A DNA stretch of 63,832 bases, the filler included, from Octopus bimaculoides (taxonomy: Eukaryota), in assembly GCF_001194135.2 (NCBI RefSeq). It is 8 parts of 6 records of this genome, joined end to end, with 100 filler letters (N's around TTAATTAATTAA, not from the genome) between each part and the next. Parts side by side here need not be neighbours in the genome. Positions count along the whole stretch, not along the records: positions 42,162 to 50,387 come from NC_069005.1; positions 50,488 to 55,313 come from NC_068994.1; positions 55,414 to 61,607 come from NC_068988.1; positions 61,708 to 63,832 come from NW_026367558.1; 4 more parts are not named here. One strand, written 5' to 3'. The position numbers and the translations under genes were made by a program. Of the stretch, positions 48,332 through 62,030 are shown one piece after another. The notes beneath the pieces are model-generated. The model did no database searches. It saw only the letters and a list, made by a program, of their open reading frames with translations, and was not told the origin of the DNA. The number at the start of each line of letters is the position of its first letter. Positions within the stretch are counted from its first letter, which is position 1.

Positions 48332-49489
48332 TAGAAAAACGACTGAACTTGTAGTTGAATCTATGAGTGTCGAATGTTCTCGAAACCCAACGACGAAATA
48401 GTGGAGAGAAAGTCTTTGAAACAATTTAGATTTTCTTATATTATAATCTATTTATTGTTTGTCCTTCTTTGTTACCTTTTTACCTCCTTTTTTTCCTTTA
48501 TAATAATGGAGTTATACAAACACCAGAGAGTTGACCGCTAACGGATACAAAGGGTAGGCAAATAATGTACATCTAAGTAAACAGATACAGGCAGACAAAC
48601 ACATATATGTACAGGCACGTATGTAGACAAGAAGGTGTGTATGTTTGTATGTATGTATGTATGTATGTATGTATGTATGTATGTATATATGTATATGTAT
48701 GTATATGTATATATATGTGTGTGCGTACATATGTATGCATATACACTTATACATACATAGACACGCAAATATACACAGATATATACATACATACCTGTCA
48801 ACCTTATTTATTTCTGCCCCACTCTCTCTCTCTTTCCACACGCACACACACACGTACATATATACACATATATGTATATGCATTTATTTCCAAATATATA
48901 TATTTATGTGTGTGTGAATGCGTGTATGTGTGCGTGTATATATATGGGTGTATATGTATGTGTATGTAATATATATACATATAGTTATATATATATATCT
49001 ATATATGCACATATATTCATAGATGTAAATTTATGTATATATATGTATATATATGTGTATATTTATCTATCATCATTTATATGTATGTATCGGTCTGTCT
49101 GCGTGCGTGTGTGTGTGTGTGCGTACGCTTCTTAATTACTACATTACGAATACAATTCTACGGGGGCTACAACTAAACATAGAAATGCAAACATCTCCAT
49201 ACGTGACTCACATCAAATACAGCTGTCCTTAAATGACGTCACCATACTCTTAGCCAATAAAGGAACGATATGTTGGCCAAAATACCAAGCAACTATACAT
49301 CCGTATGAAGGATAGCCCCGCAGCATCCTGCAACATGTAAACAATCTGTTGTAAAGTCGGTTCTCCCACTGGTGGAATGTGTGTCTGCCGTTGTATTGTA
49401 GTTGCTGTTTTACACTAGTAGCCACAATAATTACTAATCATCAGAAACCGTTGTATCTCTTCGTACTTCCTCGTTTTTTTTTTATATAC

Positions 49490-49978
49490 TCAATATATTT
49501 TCTTCTTAGGGTCTTCTTTTAGGAATTCAGTGTTCTTCCTTTTCCTTGAACGAGTGGTTTCGACTACCTGTAACGGTTTTGGAACCTGAAAAGTTTCATA
49601 AAGCCAATCCATCGGTATTTCTACTCTTGTTGGTTCCTTTTCTATGACTCTTTCCTGAAGCTGATTTCTATGTCTCCTTTCCATTCCATTTCTGCTTCTT
49701 ACACCATACATCATTCTTCCTGTGTATGTTACAATTTCTCCTTCCCAGTATTGCTTGCCATTTTTATACATTCTTACATATACCTTGTCACTGATTCTAA
49801 AGAATTTTTGCATGACTCTAGTAGCACGTAGTCTTTTCTTCACTGGTAACAGTTTAACGAATACTGACTTCACCTTTCTGGCAAACATTAATTCTGCTGG
49901 TGAACTTCCTTCTGGCGCATTTGGGTTCGGAGTTACTCTGAATACCCTTAAGAATTGTTGGATTGCAACCTCGTCCGT
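49490..49978 (-). mobile_element. Gypsy LTR retrotransposon integrase C-terminal fragment
   Basis: AIQQFLRVFRVTPNPNAPEGSSPAELMFARKV...VYVR...WEGEI...RRHRNQL is a typical integrase tail. A purine tract follows the stop; the LTR is not delimited with confidence. Confidence 0.8.
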
Positions 49979-50052
49979 GGTTTCCTATATACATATATAT
50001 ATAGTTTTGTGCATTTTTTGCTATTATTTTATAATAATTAGTTGTGTTAGCC

Positions 50053-50348
50053 ATGGGTCCTAAGAAAGTTAGTGCAAAGGACAATGCTGAGAAGAAGAAA
50101 AAGCTGATTACGATAGAATTGTAGAACGAAGTCGTAGACAAAGATGAGAGAGGAGTGCTCGTAGTGGACATAGCGCGTCAATACGACCGAAGCAGGTCAA
50201 CGATCTGCACCATCGCGAAGAAAAAGGACGAGATCAAGGCCGTGATGACAGCAAAGGGTGTCTCCAGGCTCTCCAAGCAACGCACATCTGCTTCTCCTGA
50301 AACAACTCGCGGGGGATACGATTACGGAGACCATCATCTGCGAGAAAG
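50053..50348 (+). mobile_element. Tigger/pogo transposase 5' fragment (CENP-B-type HTH), internally deleted
   Basis: MGPKKVSAKDNAEKKKKLITIEL*...VVDIARQYDRSRSTICTI; later in another frame QLAGDTITETIICEK. Confidence 0.8.
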
Positions 50349-50487
50349 ATGATGATAACGATGATGATGATGATGATGATGATGATGNNNNNNNNNNNNN
50401 NNNNNNNNNNNNNNNNNNNNNNNNNNNNNNNTTAATTAATTAANNNNNNNNNNNNNNNNNNNNNNNNNNNNNNNNNNNNNNNNNNNN

Positions 50488-50524
<37 letters not shown>

Positions 50525-51146
50525 CACACACGCATGCTCATATATAAATATACATATATATATATACATACATACGAAAGCTTACACATGTATACACCAC
50601 ACACACACATATATGCATTAGTGAAATCATACAATTCTTGACGTTACACAACAATCTATTTTCTGTGCGGGTGACAAAGTGTTTAAACACTCAAATCACC
50701 TTTGACCTGAGCATTCGACCGAAAAGTTTAAAGTTATCAAAGCAGGTTTAGAGATATAAACTTCAATACTTTAGTTTGCATAGTTCATGTTTTCAGTAGA
50801 ACATTCCACTTGATACGTTTATCACTCTTTGTTTTTTTTAATATATATATATATATATACAGGTTAAATATGTCACTGAAAAATTTATATGTAAAGTATT
50901 TTACTTCCATTAACGTGACATATTTTTAACATTTCTTTCAACAATCCATATGTAACCAGGCTTTTCTCTGTTATTCTATTGATTATGCTTCGTAGCACAG
51001 TTTGAATTGAACCTCCGTATAAAAGTAATTAAATGTTTTTATCAAAGAACAACGTGATGAGAACATGTAAAATAAATTAGAAGAGCCAAACATACATTTT
51101 TTTTTTGTTTGCATGGTAAATGAAAGCCGTGTGATGGAAAAGAGTT

Positions 51147-52403
51147 CTAATCATCCATGGACGGCTGACTACACATCTGGCTAGAAGGTTGTGTGGGAGT
51201 AATGGTTGGACGAACACAAGGTGGTAGGATATAGCTAATTATTCGTCTTACTTCTCTCCGGAATCGCATATTGAATACACCATATATAATAGGGTTAACT
51301 GCGTTGTTGAGGAGATAAGAGCGTATGGCTAGCTGGAAAAATATGTCCTGTAATGGCGTCAATGTCTCGCGAAATCCTTTTACGTGAATTTCCAGCATGA
51401 CCAAGATAATATGAGGCATATAGCTAAGAACCCAAGTTACAGCTATCAAAGCCATAATGGAAGAAGTTCTTGTTACACGAAGAAGTGTTCCTTTTGAAGG
51501 AGATCTGTTTCCATGTGGAATTATCCGTACATGCTTTGATATTCTTTGACTTGGTAACGCATTGCGCAAATCGACTGAAATTTCGCTTTCCTGTGTCGGA
51601 AGGTAAGGTAATATTTTCTTGCCAGGCAATGAATTACTTGAAGGTTTAACAGGTGAAGTAGTGGACACTATGGCATTTGAGATATTTTTAGCGGCTGCCA
51701 ATCGTTTATTTTTGTGTCTCCATACCTTGATAGCAATGAGAAAATATAGCAAGAAAATTATAGAAAATAAAGCCACCGAAAGAATAAGGAGAGCGTAATA
51801 AAATAATCGTGGATATATCGTATCAAACATGGATTGAGCAATACCACATTCACATCCACCGCTGACTTTACTATTTTGTGTCGGTGTTCTTCTGGTGCCG
51901 TAAATTAACCATGAAGGCCATCCCAGCATAAATGAAATGACTACAAGTACCACAGACACAATTTCTGCCATTCTCTGGGTGAGCTGTTTGTCAAACGGCC
52001 GGCACATTCGTCTGTAACGGTCTATTGAAATAGCGAATATTATTAGTCCAGAATCTATAGCAATCGCCGAAGCAATCAACAATGAGAGTTTACAGGCTCC
52101 TTGCCCACTAAAAATATGCGGTTGAGAAACTCTGAGTAGCTCCATAGGCATTGAAAATACACAACTTAAGAAGTCACACGCTCCTAGCATGACCACAAAT
52201 CTGTTTGTCCCGGTTCGTTCCATCTTGCGACTGTAGACATACATAACAGCAGCATTGCCGGTCGTGCCAATAACAATTCCAATTGAAATATAAAGCAAGA
52301 CAGGGATATAATCCCGAACTTTTAACCTGTTCAGTTCAAGAATATTGGCAATATTACCAGTGGAATTATTGAATAAGAGATCACATTCATTTTCTGACGT
52401 CAT
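51147..52403 (-). CDS. Rhodopsin-family (class A) GPCR, orphan/peptide-receptor-like, 418 aa, uninterrupted coding exon
   Basis: Intact ORF with seven hydrophobic segments and class A motifs: TM1 GN, TM2 LGACD, Cys at the start of TM3 (GACKL), DRY (SIDRY), ECL2 Cys, TM6 WVLSYMP, TM7 NPIIY. N-terminal sequon NNS/NST. Specific ligand family cannot be assigned by eye. Confidence 0.93.
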   Translation of the reverse strand: MTSENECDLLFNNSTGNIANILELNRLKVRDYIPVLLYISIGIVIGTTGNAAVMYVYSRKMERTGTNRFVVMLGACDFLSCVFSMPMELLRVSQPHIFSGQGACKLSLLIASAIAIDSGLIIFAISIDRYRRMCRPFDKQLTQRMAEIVSVVLVVISFMLGWPSWLIYGTRRTPTQNSKVSGGCECGIAQSMFDTIYPRLFYYALLILSVALFSIIFLLYFLIAIKVWRHKNKRLAAAKNISNAIVSTTSPVKPSSNSLPGKKILPYLPTQESEISVDLRNALPSQRISKHVRIIPHGNRSPSKGTLLRVTRTSSIMALIAVTWVLSYMPHIILVMLEIHVKGFRETLTPLQDIFFQLAIRSYLLNNAVNPIIYGVFNMRFRREVRRIISYILPPCVRPTITPTQPSSQMCSQPSMDD

Positions 52404-52504
52404 ACTGGTTTCTTGGAATTCACTGAATCTCTAGAAAGTCTTTCAACCGTGAATATGTTCTTCTAAAATCAGCTCTTTGTCACATTGGAACGTATTTCAC
52501 CATT
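52404..52504 (-). other. Probable 5'UTR portion of the GPCR coding exon, with a 7-codon uORF
   Basis: Strong acceptor tttattttgtttcAG at 52506-52505, 101 nt upstream of the ATG. uORF ATG GTG AAA TAC GTT CCA ATG TGA at 52503-52480. Confidence 0.55.
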
Positions 52505-52648
52505 CTGAAACAAAATAAAAATAAAAATATTCAATGACATCATCGAATAATAAGACATCAGAACAAATCGGTGCATTAAGGAAGATATGTGGGGGTATGG
52601 GTTTGAGTAAAATGAATTTATTTGGTTACTGGCATGCTTATTTAATGA

Positions 52649-52688
<40 letters not shown>

Positions 52689-52903
52689 NNNNNNNNNNNN
52701 NNNNNNNNNNNNNNNNNNNNNNNNNNNNNNNNNNNNNNNNNTATATATGTATAAATAAATTATTAGCTACGGAACAGAAACAGTATTAGAACCGCTCATA
52801 TAAGCGAATGCTTTTATGCCTCAAGCGCCTATATGAGAAGTTTTCAGAAGGTTAATAACCCAGTATTCGCTGTTCTAACAAGGTATCCATATTAAGCTGG
52901 GCA

Positions 52904-52937
<34 letters not shown>

Positions 52938-52956
52938 CATACATACATACATACAT

Positions 52957-53371
52957 GATGGCCGTCCACTCGTGACCGAGGAAGACCACTGCTGACCTTC
53001 AGGAACATAGTGCGCTCTAGGACTAACTTATATTTCGCATTTGCAGCTCCGTTGGTGGCTAATGAGCCCTGCTCTTGACAAGCATACACGACTGCAAACA
53101 TTGCAGACCAAGCTTTCCCCATTCACTATACGAGCCGTGCGCTTTCGCGCAGCTCGCTTAAGTTCTTCATGCTGGATACGTGCTCTCTCAAAAGTGTCGA
53201 TCCCCTCCTTAACCTGCTTCCTCCCTCTGTGGCGATGACAGGCATTGTTCTCCCAGTCAGTGTCCTGCATATCACAGGCCTTTAATGAGAACTTGACACA
53301 GTCCTTAAATCGCAGCCTTGGTTTCTGCCGGAGTCTCCTTCCATTCATAAGTTCTCCATATAGCACCTGCT
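52957..53371 (-). mobile_element. RTE-clade LINE 3' end with C-terminal C2H2-like finger
   Basis: KQVLYGEL..GRR..KPRLRFKDCVK..LK...W...CNVCSRVCLSRAGLISHQRSC*, short 3' UTR ending in a (TACA)n microsatellite. Confidence 0.85.
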
Positions 53372-55086
53372 TATGAATACATACACACATACATACATAC
53401 ATACATAGTGATAGATAGATATACGTACATAAATATACATATATTGAGATAGATAAGTAGATAGATATGCACACAGATATACACGTACATATATATATTA
53501 TATATATACATTTATATTATACATATGCTTATGTATATATGTGTCTCTCTATGTATGTATATGTATGCGTACATCTATGTTTATCTACAGAAGCCTCCTC
53601 ACAATTTCCACCCAAGAAATTCCTCTGACGAGGTATTGGTCAACATATTTGTCAAACATATTTTCATTCTTTTTTCGTTGCCTTAAAAACACACTCCTTA
53701 ATCTTAAATATTATGAAATATGCAGACAAAACAAAATAGAATAAAATAAACAACTTTTTCTTATCCGCCATATGTTATTTGCTTTAAGCCCTACGTCAGC
53801 AATGATCGAGCAGGCCTTTCGCTGAATATATTTCAGACATGACTATCCTATCTTTTATTCAGGTTATCTAAAACTATATTAACCGGTAAAAAGAAGAAAA
53901 AGTTAAAAAATATAAAAAATAAAACAAAACAAAAAATAAACAGCAAAACCAAAAAACAGCAAAAAAAAAAACAGCAAACAGCACCGTATGTTATTCGTGT
54001 GTTATTTAGGTGTTGCTTCTAGCATGTCGAGTTGTACATTCACGTTGATATCTGCCAGAGTGTATTAAGAATAAATATGTCTACCACAGAGATAATTTAG
54101 ATATTATAAGGTTAATATTGGTTTCATATTTTAGCACAAGGCCAGCAATTTTGGAGGAGGGAATAAGTTGATTTCATCGACCCACTACTCTGCTGGTACT
54201 TATTTCATCGACTTCGAAAGGATGAAAGCCAAAGCTGACCTCGGCGGAATTTGAAATCAGAACGTGAACATGGACGAAACGCCGCTTAGCATTTCGCCCG
54301 GTGAGCTAATTCTTCTGTCAGTTGGCTGCTTAATTGAGATGTTGTCGGGTTAATATTAAACCCGAAAATCTGTCGTCACACATCTGTGACCTCTTCAGCG
54401 ATACTCTTCGTTTCCGTGTGTGCTCTTGCTCCACTTACTCCATTCTGTTCTAAGATGTGTATCCTTATGTGCGCATGCGTTTGTGTCCTTCTTTGTGTGT
54501 GTGGGTAGGTGTCCTTCTTTGTGTGTGTGTGAAAGAGTAGGTAGGTTAGAGAAAGAGGGAGATGTAAGGTTGAGCAGAGAAAGACATGTTAGGGGAGCAG
54601 ATGTTTCTCTGCAAACGATAAATCTTTACTTGAAAGAGCTGTCGTGCCCAAAGTTTAACGCTAACGTGAAACACGATGAAATGTCTTCTCTGGTGGTGCT
54701 ATTAAGGTAGTTATGGTCTGGGCCAATTCTGTCCGAAATCTAAGTTCCTAATTTTCTTAAAAGCACACAAGCACCAGGTGGAGTGGTTGTGGAACATATG
54801 AACCATATAAGCATCAAACATTCAAAGAATTAGAACATGAGAATAATTAATTAGAAAAAAATATTATTAGAGTTCACTCTTTAGATTTGACATTTTGCAT
54901 CATTTGAAATTTACCCAGAGAAATTGGCGATAATTACACATTATCATTTATTAATTAACTTTTCTTCATTTGCATTTAATTATTTCCGTTTTTGTTATCA
55001 TTAAAACATAATTGAAATTACTTTCTTTTCTCTCTCTCTATCTTTCTCTCTCTCTCTCTTCCTCTCTCTCTGTCTTTCTCTCTCTA

Positions 55087-55132
<46 letters not shown>

Positions 55133-55413
55133 AACACATGAACACTCACACATTATATATGTATATATGCGGATGTATGTATGTATGTATGTATGTATGT
55201 ATGTATGTATGTATGTATGTATATATATATATATATATATATACAGCTTTTCAAACGCACAATAAATATTTAAGTATATATGTATTTATGTATATATATA
55301 TATATATATATATNNNNNNNNNNNNNNNNNNNNNNNNNNNNNNNNNNNNNNNNNNNNTTAATTAATTAANNNNNNNNNNNNNNNNNNNNNNNNNNNNNNN
55401 NNNNNNNNNNNNN

Positions 55414-55451
<38 letters not shown>

Positions 55452-55504
55452 TGTACATAGTCAATCCAAAAGAAGCGAGGAACAAACTCAACAAGAAAAC
55501 AAAA

Positions 55505-55827
55505 AGCAGCAACATACATTAATATAACTAAGTCTGTCGTTGGGCTTCCTAAAGGGCTTGTAAATATACTATTGTAAATCTTGACATACGTCAAGGAAAT
55601 TGACAACCGTCAGGCTTGTATCTATTGTTATGCTAAGATCGAATATTTTCATAAATTGGATAATATCCTTCCTTAACTGATCTTGCGCAGTTCCATTGGT
55701 ATCTTAGTTAAATCTAGAGCATCGTCGCTATAATTAGTGAAATATACACCAAGACTATCATTACTGATCGTGTCAAGCAGGAATAGTCCGATCAGATCGC
55801 ATACGCCTGCTCCATCATATGAGCCTT
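55505..55827 (-). mobile_element. PLE RT fragment, same family as 40350-41380
   Basis: GSYDGAGVCDLIGLFLL, YSDDAL, RKDIIQFMKIFDLSIT, VVNFLDV, YKPFRKPNDRLSYINV; nucleotide similarity to 40420-40570 is visible. Confidence 0.8.
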
Positions 55828-55831
55828 TTAC

Positions 55832-55864
<33 letters not shown>

Positions 55865-56149
55865 GTTATTCAGATATTCTGAGATGGAGTCGCTATAATC
55901 GGTTTTCTAACGGCTTTATTATTTTTTTTTTTGGAAGCGTCTCAGCGGTGGTCTCACGAAACCCCTTCCGGAATTCTTCATGAGAAGTGCGTGAGGTCGG
56001 CTATGTCTCAATCTCCTGTGTGTTGGTACATCTATAGCACTGCGTCTAAGTTATGTATTAGACGTGCAGCTTCCTCTTTTTTCCCCTTTTTTCCTCTTTC
56101 TTTTTTTTTGTTATAAACAATAGATGAGCATATCAAAAATGAACCTACA

Positions 56150-56538
56150 CGCATCCAGATGTAGCTAAATAGTATATAGATTACCGACCTCCAACCTGTT
56201 GTTGATGAGTATGTCTGCATATGAGTATAGCTTCCTTGATACTTAAATTACCCAAATTTCTTTCATTGGCCTCAATTGCGACTGTTATGCGTTTGTTGGT
56301 GTTCCGGCATCTGTCTAGATGTTTTCTCAAGAAGGAGGCTCTCGTGTTCAGATGTTCTTTGATGCGGACGTGTAACGGTCATGTTGTGCTACCCACATAG
56401 AACTTGTTGCATTTGTTACATTTTATAGAGGATGCACAACCGACCCTACAACAGTGTAGTCGAAAAATCAGAAACAAACAATGCAGATGCACAAAATTAA
56501 AAACATAAGAAGGTGACAAGTTACTCATCGCTCTGTAT
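56150..56538 (-). mobile_element. PLE GIY-YIG fragment of a second lineage (Penelope/Poseidon-like)
   Basis: IKCNKCNKFYVGSTT*PLHVRIKEHLNTRAS...KHL...IKEAILI. Confidence 0.75.
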
Positions 56539-56712
56539 NNNNNNNNNNNNNNNNNNNNNNNNNNNNNNNNNNNNNNNNNNNNNNNNNNNNNNNNNNNNNN
56601 NNNNNNNNNNNNNNNNNNNNNNNNNNNNNNNNNNNNNNNNNNNNNNNNNNAAACACGAAGAATCACGAAAAAGCAACGCGTAGACATGGAATAAGTATAG
56701 TGTTATTGGACG

Positions 56713-56783
<71 letters not shown>

Positions 56784-57929
56784 CTTAAAATTGCGTAGGA
56801 AATAAATGTAGATTTCTTTCTATATGTCCATCCATGATGTTTGGTACTTTCTCTTAGTACATATAGGCAATAGGAGATGACACAAGAGAAATTTTATGCA
56901 ACATCTATTTCCATCCTCTTAGGTCTTGAGGCATTTGTTACACAACGTGTTTTTTTGAAAAGCAATGTTAATTGTGGTGAGACGTAATGTTTTATTTAAA
57001 GTATATATCATGTTTGTTAGTTGCGGCATTACTTAATTATGCCGAGTGAAATTTCTTTTCGTTTAGTTATCTTGCGGAGTGTTTGATATAAATATTTAAT
57101 CATTTAATAGGTTTAGCATGTAATGAATTTTTGAAATATATTTTTACTCATTGTTGCTGGAATAAAACCGTTATAGGTAGCGCTACTCCAATTTCTATGC
57201 ATATGATGGATCCTCCTACTGTCGCTGAGCAGCCAGATAAAAAGCAAAAACAAATGTGGGAAATCGTAAGCACTCAAATAGTAAAATTATACAGGCTGGT
57301 AATTACAATAAAACAATCATACACAATACAAAATAATATGATCATTTAAGAGAAATTCCACCACTGTAAATCCTTGAATTCTCTGATGGAAACCCCATCC
57401 ATGTAATTGTAAAATAGCCTCAAACTGCCCCGTCACTATATTGCGTAATGTACCATATAAGTAAAATGTAACAGCAAATGTGGATAAGAAGAAACATTGC
57501 TTTAGTTCTACATCTAATGCTTTTAAGTGGAACTACACCATGCATAGATATACTTTTCAAAATATAAATTTGTCAAAATAGTTTACATTGCACTGTAATA
57601 CAACTGCAAAACCTGCCGCATTATCGGAAATAATAAAGAAATGTAGGCTTTGTGCAAAAACGGGCATTAAATATTTCTCACATTTAAGAGAACATTTATA
57701 CGAGAAATTGAATTATCCTGTAAATGCAAATTGTTCAAATACTTTTATATACGCATACCTTATTTTCGCATTAAGTCCAGGTAAATACATAATCAGAATG
57801 CAAATAATAAGAGAGCAATCATTTGTCCACGAATGGAAAGCCTATATTATAGAGACATTTCAATTACTGAAGGGAAGATAACAACATAATATGATTTTTC
57901 TCATTAGTTCCATGCATATAGTATGCTAG

Positions 57930-58500
57930 CAGAGCAAGAATATACACAGCTGTATGACTCGATACAGATAGGGGGATACACGTATGTGTCTACTCATGCA
58001 TAAATGGACGTAACTATTAGCTATTAATGAGGAGACTACTATACACAGATTGTAATCTTTCGGTCTAGATGTTCATGTTTACATACTTAGAAACACACAC
58101 ACACGCACACACACAAATAAACACTCACACACACACTCTTGGCATAAATACAGTTTGATTGTCTTTGATGTGGACCTTCAGTTGTCATTTTTGCTTCAAA
58201 GACTTTTTCTTGAATGTCGTAAATAAGTAAAGATGTATCATTACACAAGCCATTAGCATGGTCAGGTGTATGTAAGAGAATAATTTCTGCATTAATCTTT
58301 AATTTTAATACGTGTGTATTAGCGATTTAAGTATTCTGCAGTGAATTATGGATAGTCGTCCTGATGTGAACATTCATCGTGACTAAATAAAACCTTTTCA
58401 TCTTCTCGAAACATTTTACGTATTTCCTCATTGAGAAAAACAACATCCTTATTTTGGGCTAATAAATGTCTGAAAAAGTTTCTCGCTCTCCAATGCATTC
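57930..58500 (-). mobile_element. Second Helitron helicase relic
   Basis: HLLAQNKDVVFLNEEI...EKVLFSHD; HVLKLKINAEIILLHTPDHANGLCNDTSL...VFEAKMTTEGPH (family pattern LKLK.G.PI.LLRN....GLCNGTRL). The portion below 58100 is much weaker. Confidence 0.7.
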
Positions 58501-59242
58501 CTATATTACAGGTACACATACATAGCTCCCACACACAGATCTTTGCTTTAATATATTTGTGTATACGTGTTTGTGTGAATATATACATGATATATAGATA
58601 AGCAGACAATCTATATACGGTTCGCTAAATATGTAACTATCAGAACTTCCGATTAAATGATCCAAATAAAACCAATTCGTTAGAAGATGGCCTATTATCG
58701 GTGTCAAATGCCCCTGTGAATGCATTTAATCTCCCCAGTTTTTTTATGTGTGTTTCCGTTATGTAATATCAAATATAAACTTACTTTTCTGAATCTATTG
58801 AATGCATCGCTAAACCATCAACCCGATTGTTGATTTTTGTCAATAACTCTACAACTAACTAATGTTAAACATAAAAGTTACATATCTCTGAAGATTTGAC
58901 AGTAAGTCTTCTGTATGCCTTAATCAGCCAGGTACTATATATATATAGGTCCAAAGATCAGCTTGCCAAGAGAGACCACTACAATTTGTGTTGTGTTGTT
59001 TGCATGAAATATGGTGGGTTCATGTTTTCAATTCGTTCTTTCATGTCATTAATCCACGAACCTCTTTTGACGGCTTCTTTATTTTCTTCAGCTCGTCCTG
59101 TCGAGCTCGTATTTGGCATCGTAGCGCACTTCATACCCAAGATAGTATAGGCTTGTGGACTTGATTTTCGAAACTACTTCTATTTCAGTTTCAGATTTTC
59201 TTGTCCTGCAGCGTTCATCTATCCAGGTATAATCTTGTGCAA

Positions 59243-59286
59243 TTTTCATCTATAGTTTTCATCTATAGTTTTCATCTATAGTTTTC
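59243..59286. repeat. 13-bp tandem repeat, about 3.4 copies
   Basis: TTTTCATCTATAG. Confidence 0.9.
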
Positions 59287-60598
59287 GCCATAGCTGTATA
59301 TTTTATCCTTATTTCTGACCAATAGAAGACAGTTGGCGCAATATGATGGTTTACTAGCCTCACTGTGTAATGCAGTGTTATGTCTAATATACATTACATT
59401 AGTAATAATCTTCTTGTGTCAATGAATGATACATAAGGTGTAAATATATATCTGTGTAAAAATATACAATGTTATATGATTATATCTATATCTATATAAA
59501 TATATATATATATGCATACACATTCACATGCATACATATTGATAGGTACCTTATATGGGTACACAAACACACACACACACTTACACACGCACTTATACGT
59601 TATGTGTATGCATGTTATGTATTTATAGACAAACATATACACATGTATCTGCATATATATGTATGCATTCACTGATGCAATAAGTTTGTTGACTTCCATT
59701 GAGTTCATGGAGAGATTGGATTTAGTGCAATAAACTTTTAGCCATATGCGTGTAGATAGAGTTTATTACTACTTAAGTAAACTGTCTAAAGCAATGATGT
59801 ACATTTAAAATGCATTTTCTGACAGATTTATTAATACACTACCTTCGCAGTATTTCTATTTCATTTCATTGATAAACTGGAAAACATAACATATTTATAG
59901 ATTTTTGCTCACCTACTATTTATATTTAGACATATGTAAAAACATTGTGTGAACAAGCTATATATTCATGGAGAGAAAACGGAAGGAGTAACCGACTCAC
60001 AAGCGATTCTAAGAGAAGAATTCTTCAACGTCTGGTTAATATCATTCATTGGCCAAACAAATTTTATGTATATTCTCACTGTTGCCAAGGCCTTATATAA
60101 ATACATGGAGGAATTCAAATACTTAAAGCATTCCCGGTTTGTCTGTCTTTCTTTCTATGTGTGTTCTTTCTCACTCACACTCTCCCCTCTATGTTTGTAC
60201 ACACATGCAAATATATGCGTTTATTTGTACACACATATTCACAAGCACTCATACACATATTTTGTATAAATGTGTTTGCGTTTGCGCGTCAAAGTTTATC
60301 ACTGTATGTTTTCGTATGTTTTCCAATACATTACATTCAATATAAAATTATTAATTTTCTCATATAATTTAGCTGTCTCCCCAAACTGTTGGAACTGACA
60401 CTTTCATCTTCTGCATATATATGTGCTTGAATGTGTAAAGAGTCGAATGTATTTAGTAAAAACACAATCGTAACTCGTGCATCTGTGTATGAGTGTATAT
60501 TATTTACTACTGTGCAAATTTATATGTATATTCGTATATTTCCATGAGCATATATATATGCCCATACGTGCATACATACATATATATATATGCATACG

Positions 60599-60641
<43 letters not shown>

Positions 60642-60655
60642 GTATATATATGTTG

Positions 60656-60695
<40 letters not shown>

Positions 60696-60702
60696 GCATA
60701 TG

Positions 60703-60770
<68 letters not shown>

Positions 60771-62030
60771 TGTATGCATGTATGTGTGTGTGCGTGTGTG
60801 CGTGTTTGTATGCTGTGAATACATACATATATGTATATATATAAATATGTAAGCGCGCGCGGACACACACAAAACAACGCCAAAACAACGCCAGATCATA
60901 CATTCAAAATAAATGGAAGTGGAGAGACAAGTTACTGAAGAGATTGCAAGAGTGCAATGAAATAATTTAACAAAAAACTATATAAATTAATAAAGGACTG
61001 AACCAGTGCGTGTGTTTNNNNNNNNNNNNNNNNNNNNNNNNNNNNNNNNNNNNNNNNNNNNNNNNNNNNNNNNNNNNNNNNNNNNNNNNNNNNNNNNNNN
61101 NNNNNNNNNNNNNNNNNNNNNNNNNNNNNNNNNNNNNNNNNNNNNNNNNNNNNNATATATACATATACATATAACATATATATATATGTGTGTGTGTGTG
61201 TGTATGTGTATGTATATATGTATGTATATATGTATGTATATATAAAATCTAGGCATACCACACACATATATATGCATATAAGAACACCTACAAATAGATC
61301 TGTATTTAAGCAATTTTGACAAAAGTACCAGGCTTCACAGCAACATACAACATACAACCGCGTTGCAAATGGTTTTCCAACAAAGTAGTCATACAAGTAT
61401 GTAAAAGTAGTCATACAAGTATGTCATACAAGTATGTAAAAAGATAGAAGCACACTACACAAAGATGACGACAAAAACATAGAGTGGTTGATAGAAAACC
61501 AATTTGTTTATTTAGATTCCAGTAATATAAATGACTTCGACTATAACGTCGCAATATACATTTCATATAGAAACATTCTAAATATATCTATATATATATA
61601 TATATATNNNNNNNNNNNNNNNNNNNNNNNNNNNNNNNNNNNNNNNNNNNNTTAATTAATTAANNNNNNNNNNNNNNNNNNNNNNNNNNNNNNNNNNNNN
61701 NNNNNNNATTACAGTAGGAGGTCATAAAGTCACTGTCACCTTCTATTATATGATATTCTAAAACACAGAGTGATGTTGTAAGATCATTTTTTAAAGTCTT
61801 TATTTGATGTTATTTCTTTAGTTTCATGTCATAAATTCATTCTTATAATCTGCAACCTTTTGTTATTATTACAAGCTATGATGTCATAAATTCTCTGTTG
61901 CTACTTGCTTATATAATAATATAACCCCTTTGATGTCTAGACGCCAGTGATACAAGCTGTTATTTGATGTTATTTTAACAGTTTGTGATGTCAAAGTTTT
62001 TTTCAGCAATCTTCAAGTTACTATTACAGT

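Noticed and set aside
54370-54405. Hammerhead-like CTGAAGA plus GTCACA/TGTGAC stem (minus)
   Set aside because: GAAA is GACA and stems I and III cannot be formed; could be chance.
58990-59240. Very old LINE 3' fragment (YLGYEVRYDAKYEL, minus)
   Set aside because: Only a faint resemblance to RTE-type YFGHIMR motifs; too decayed to list as a feature.
25242-61414. Many YI/CV/HT/MYVC-repeat ORFs
   Set aside because: Translations of TA, CA and TACA microsatellites.
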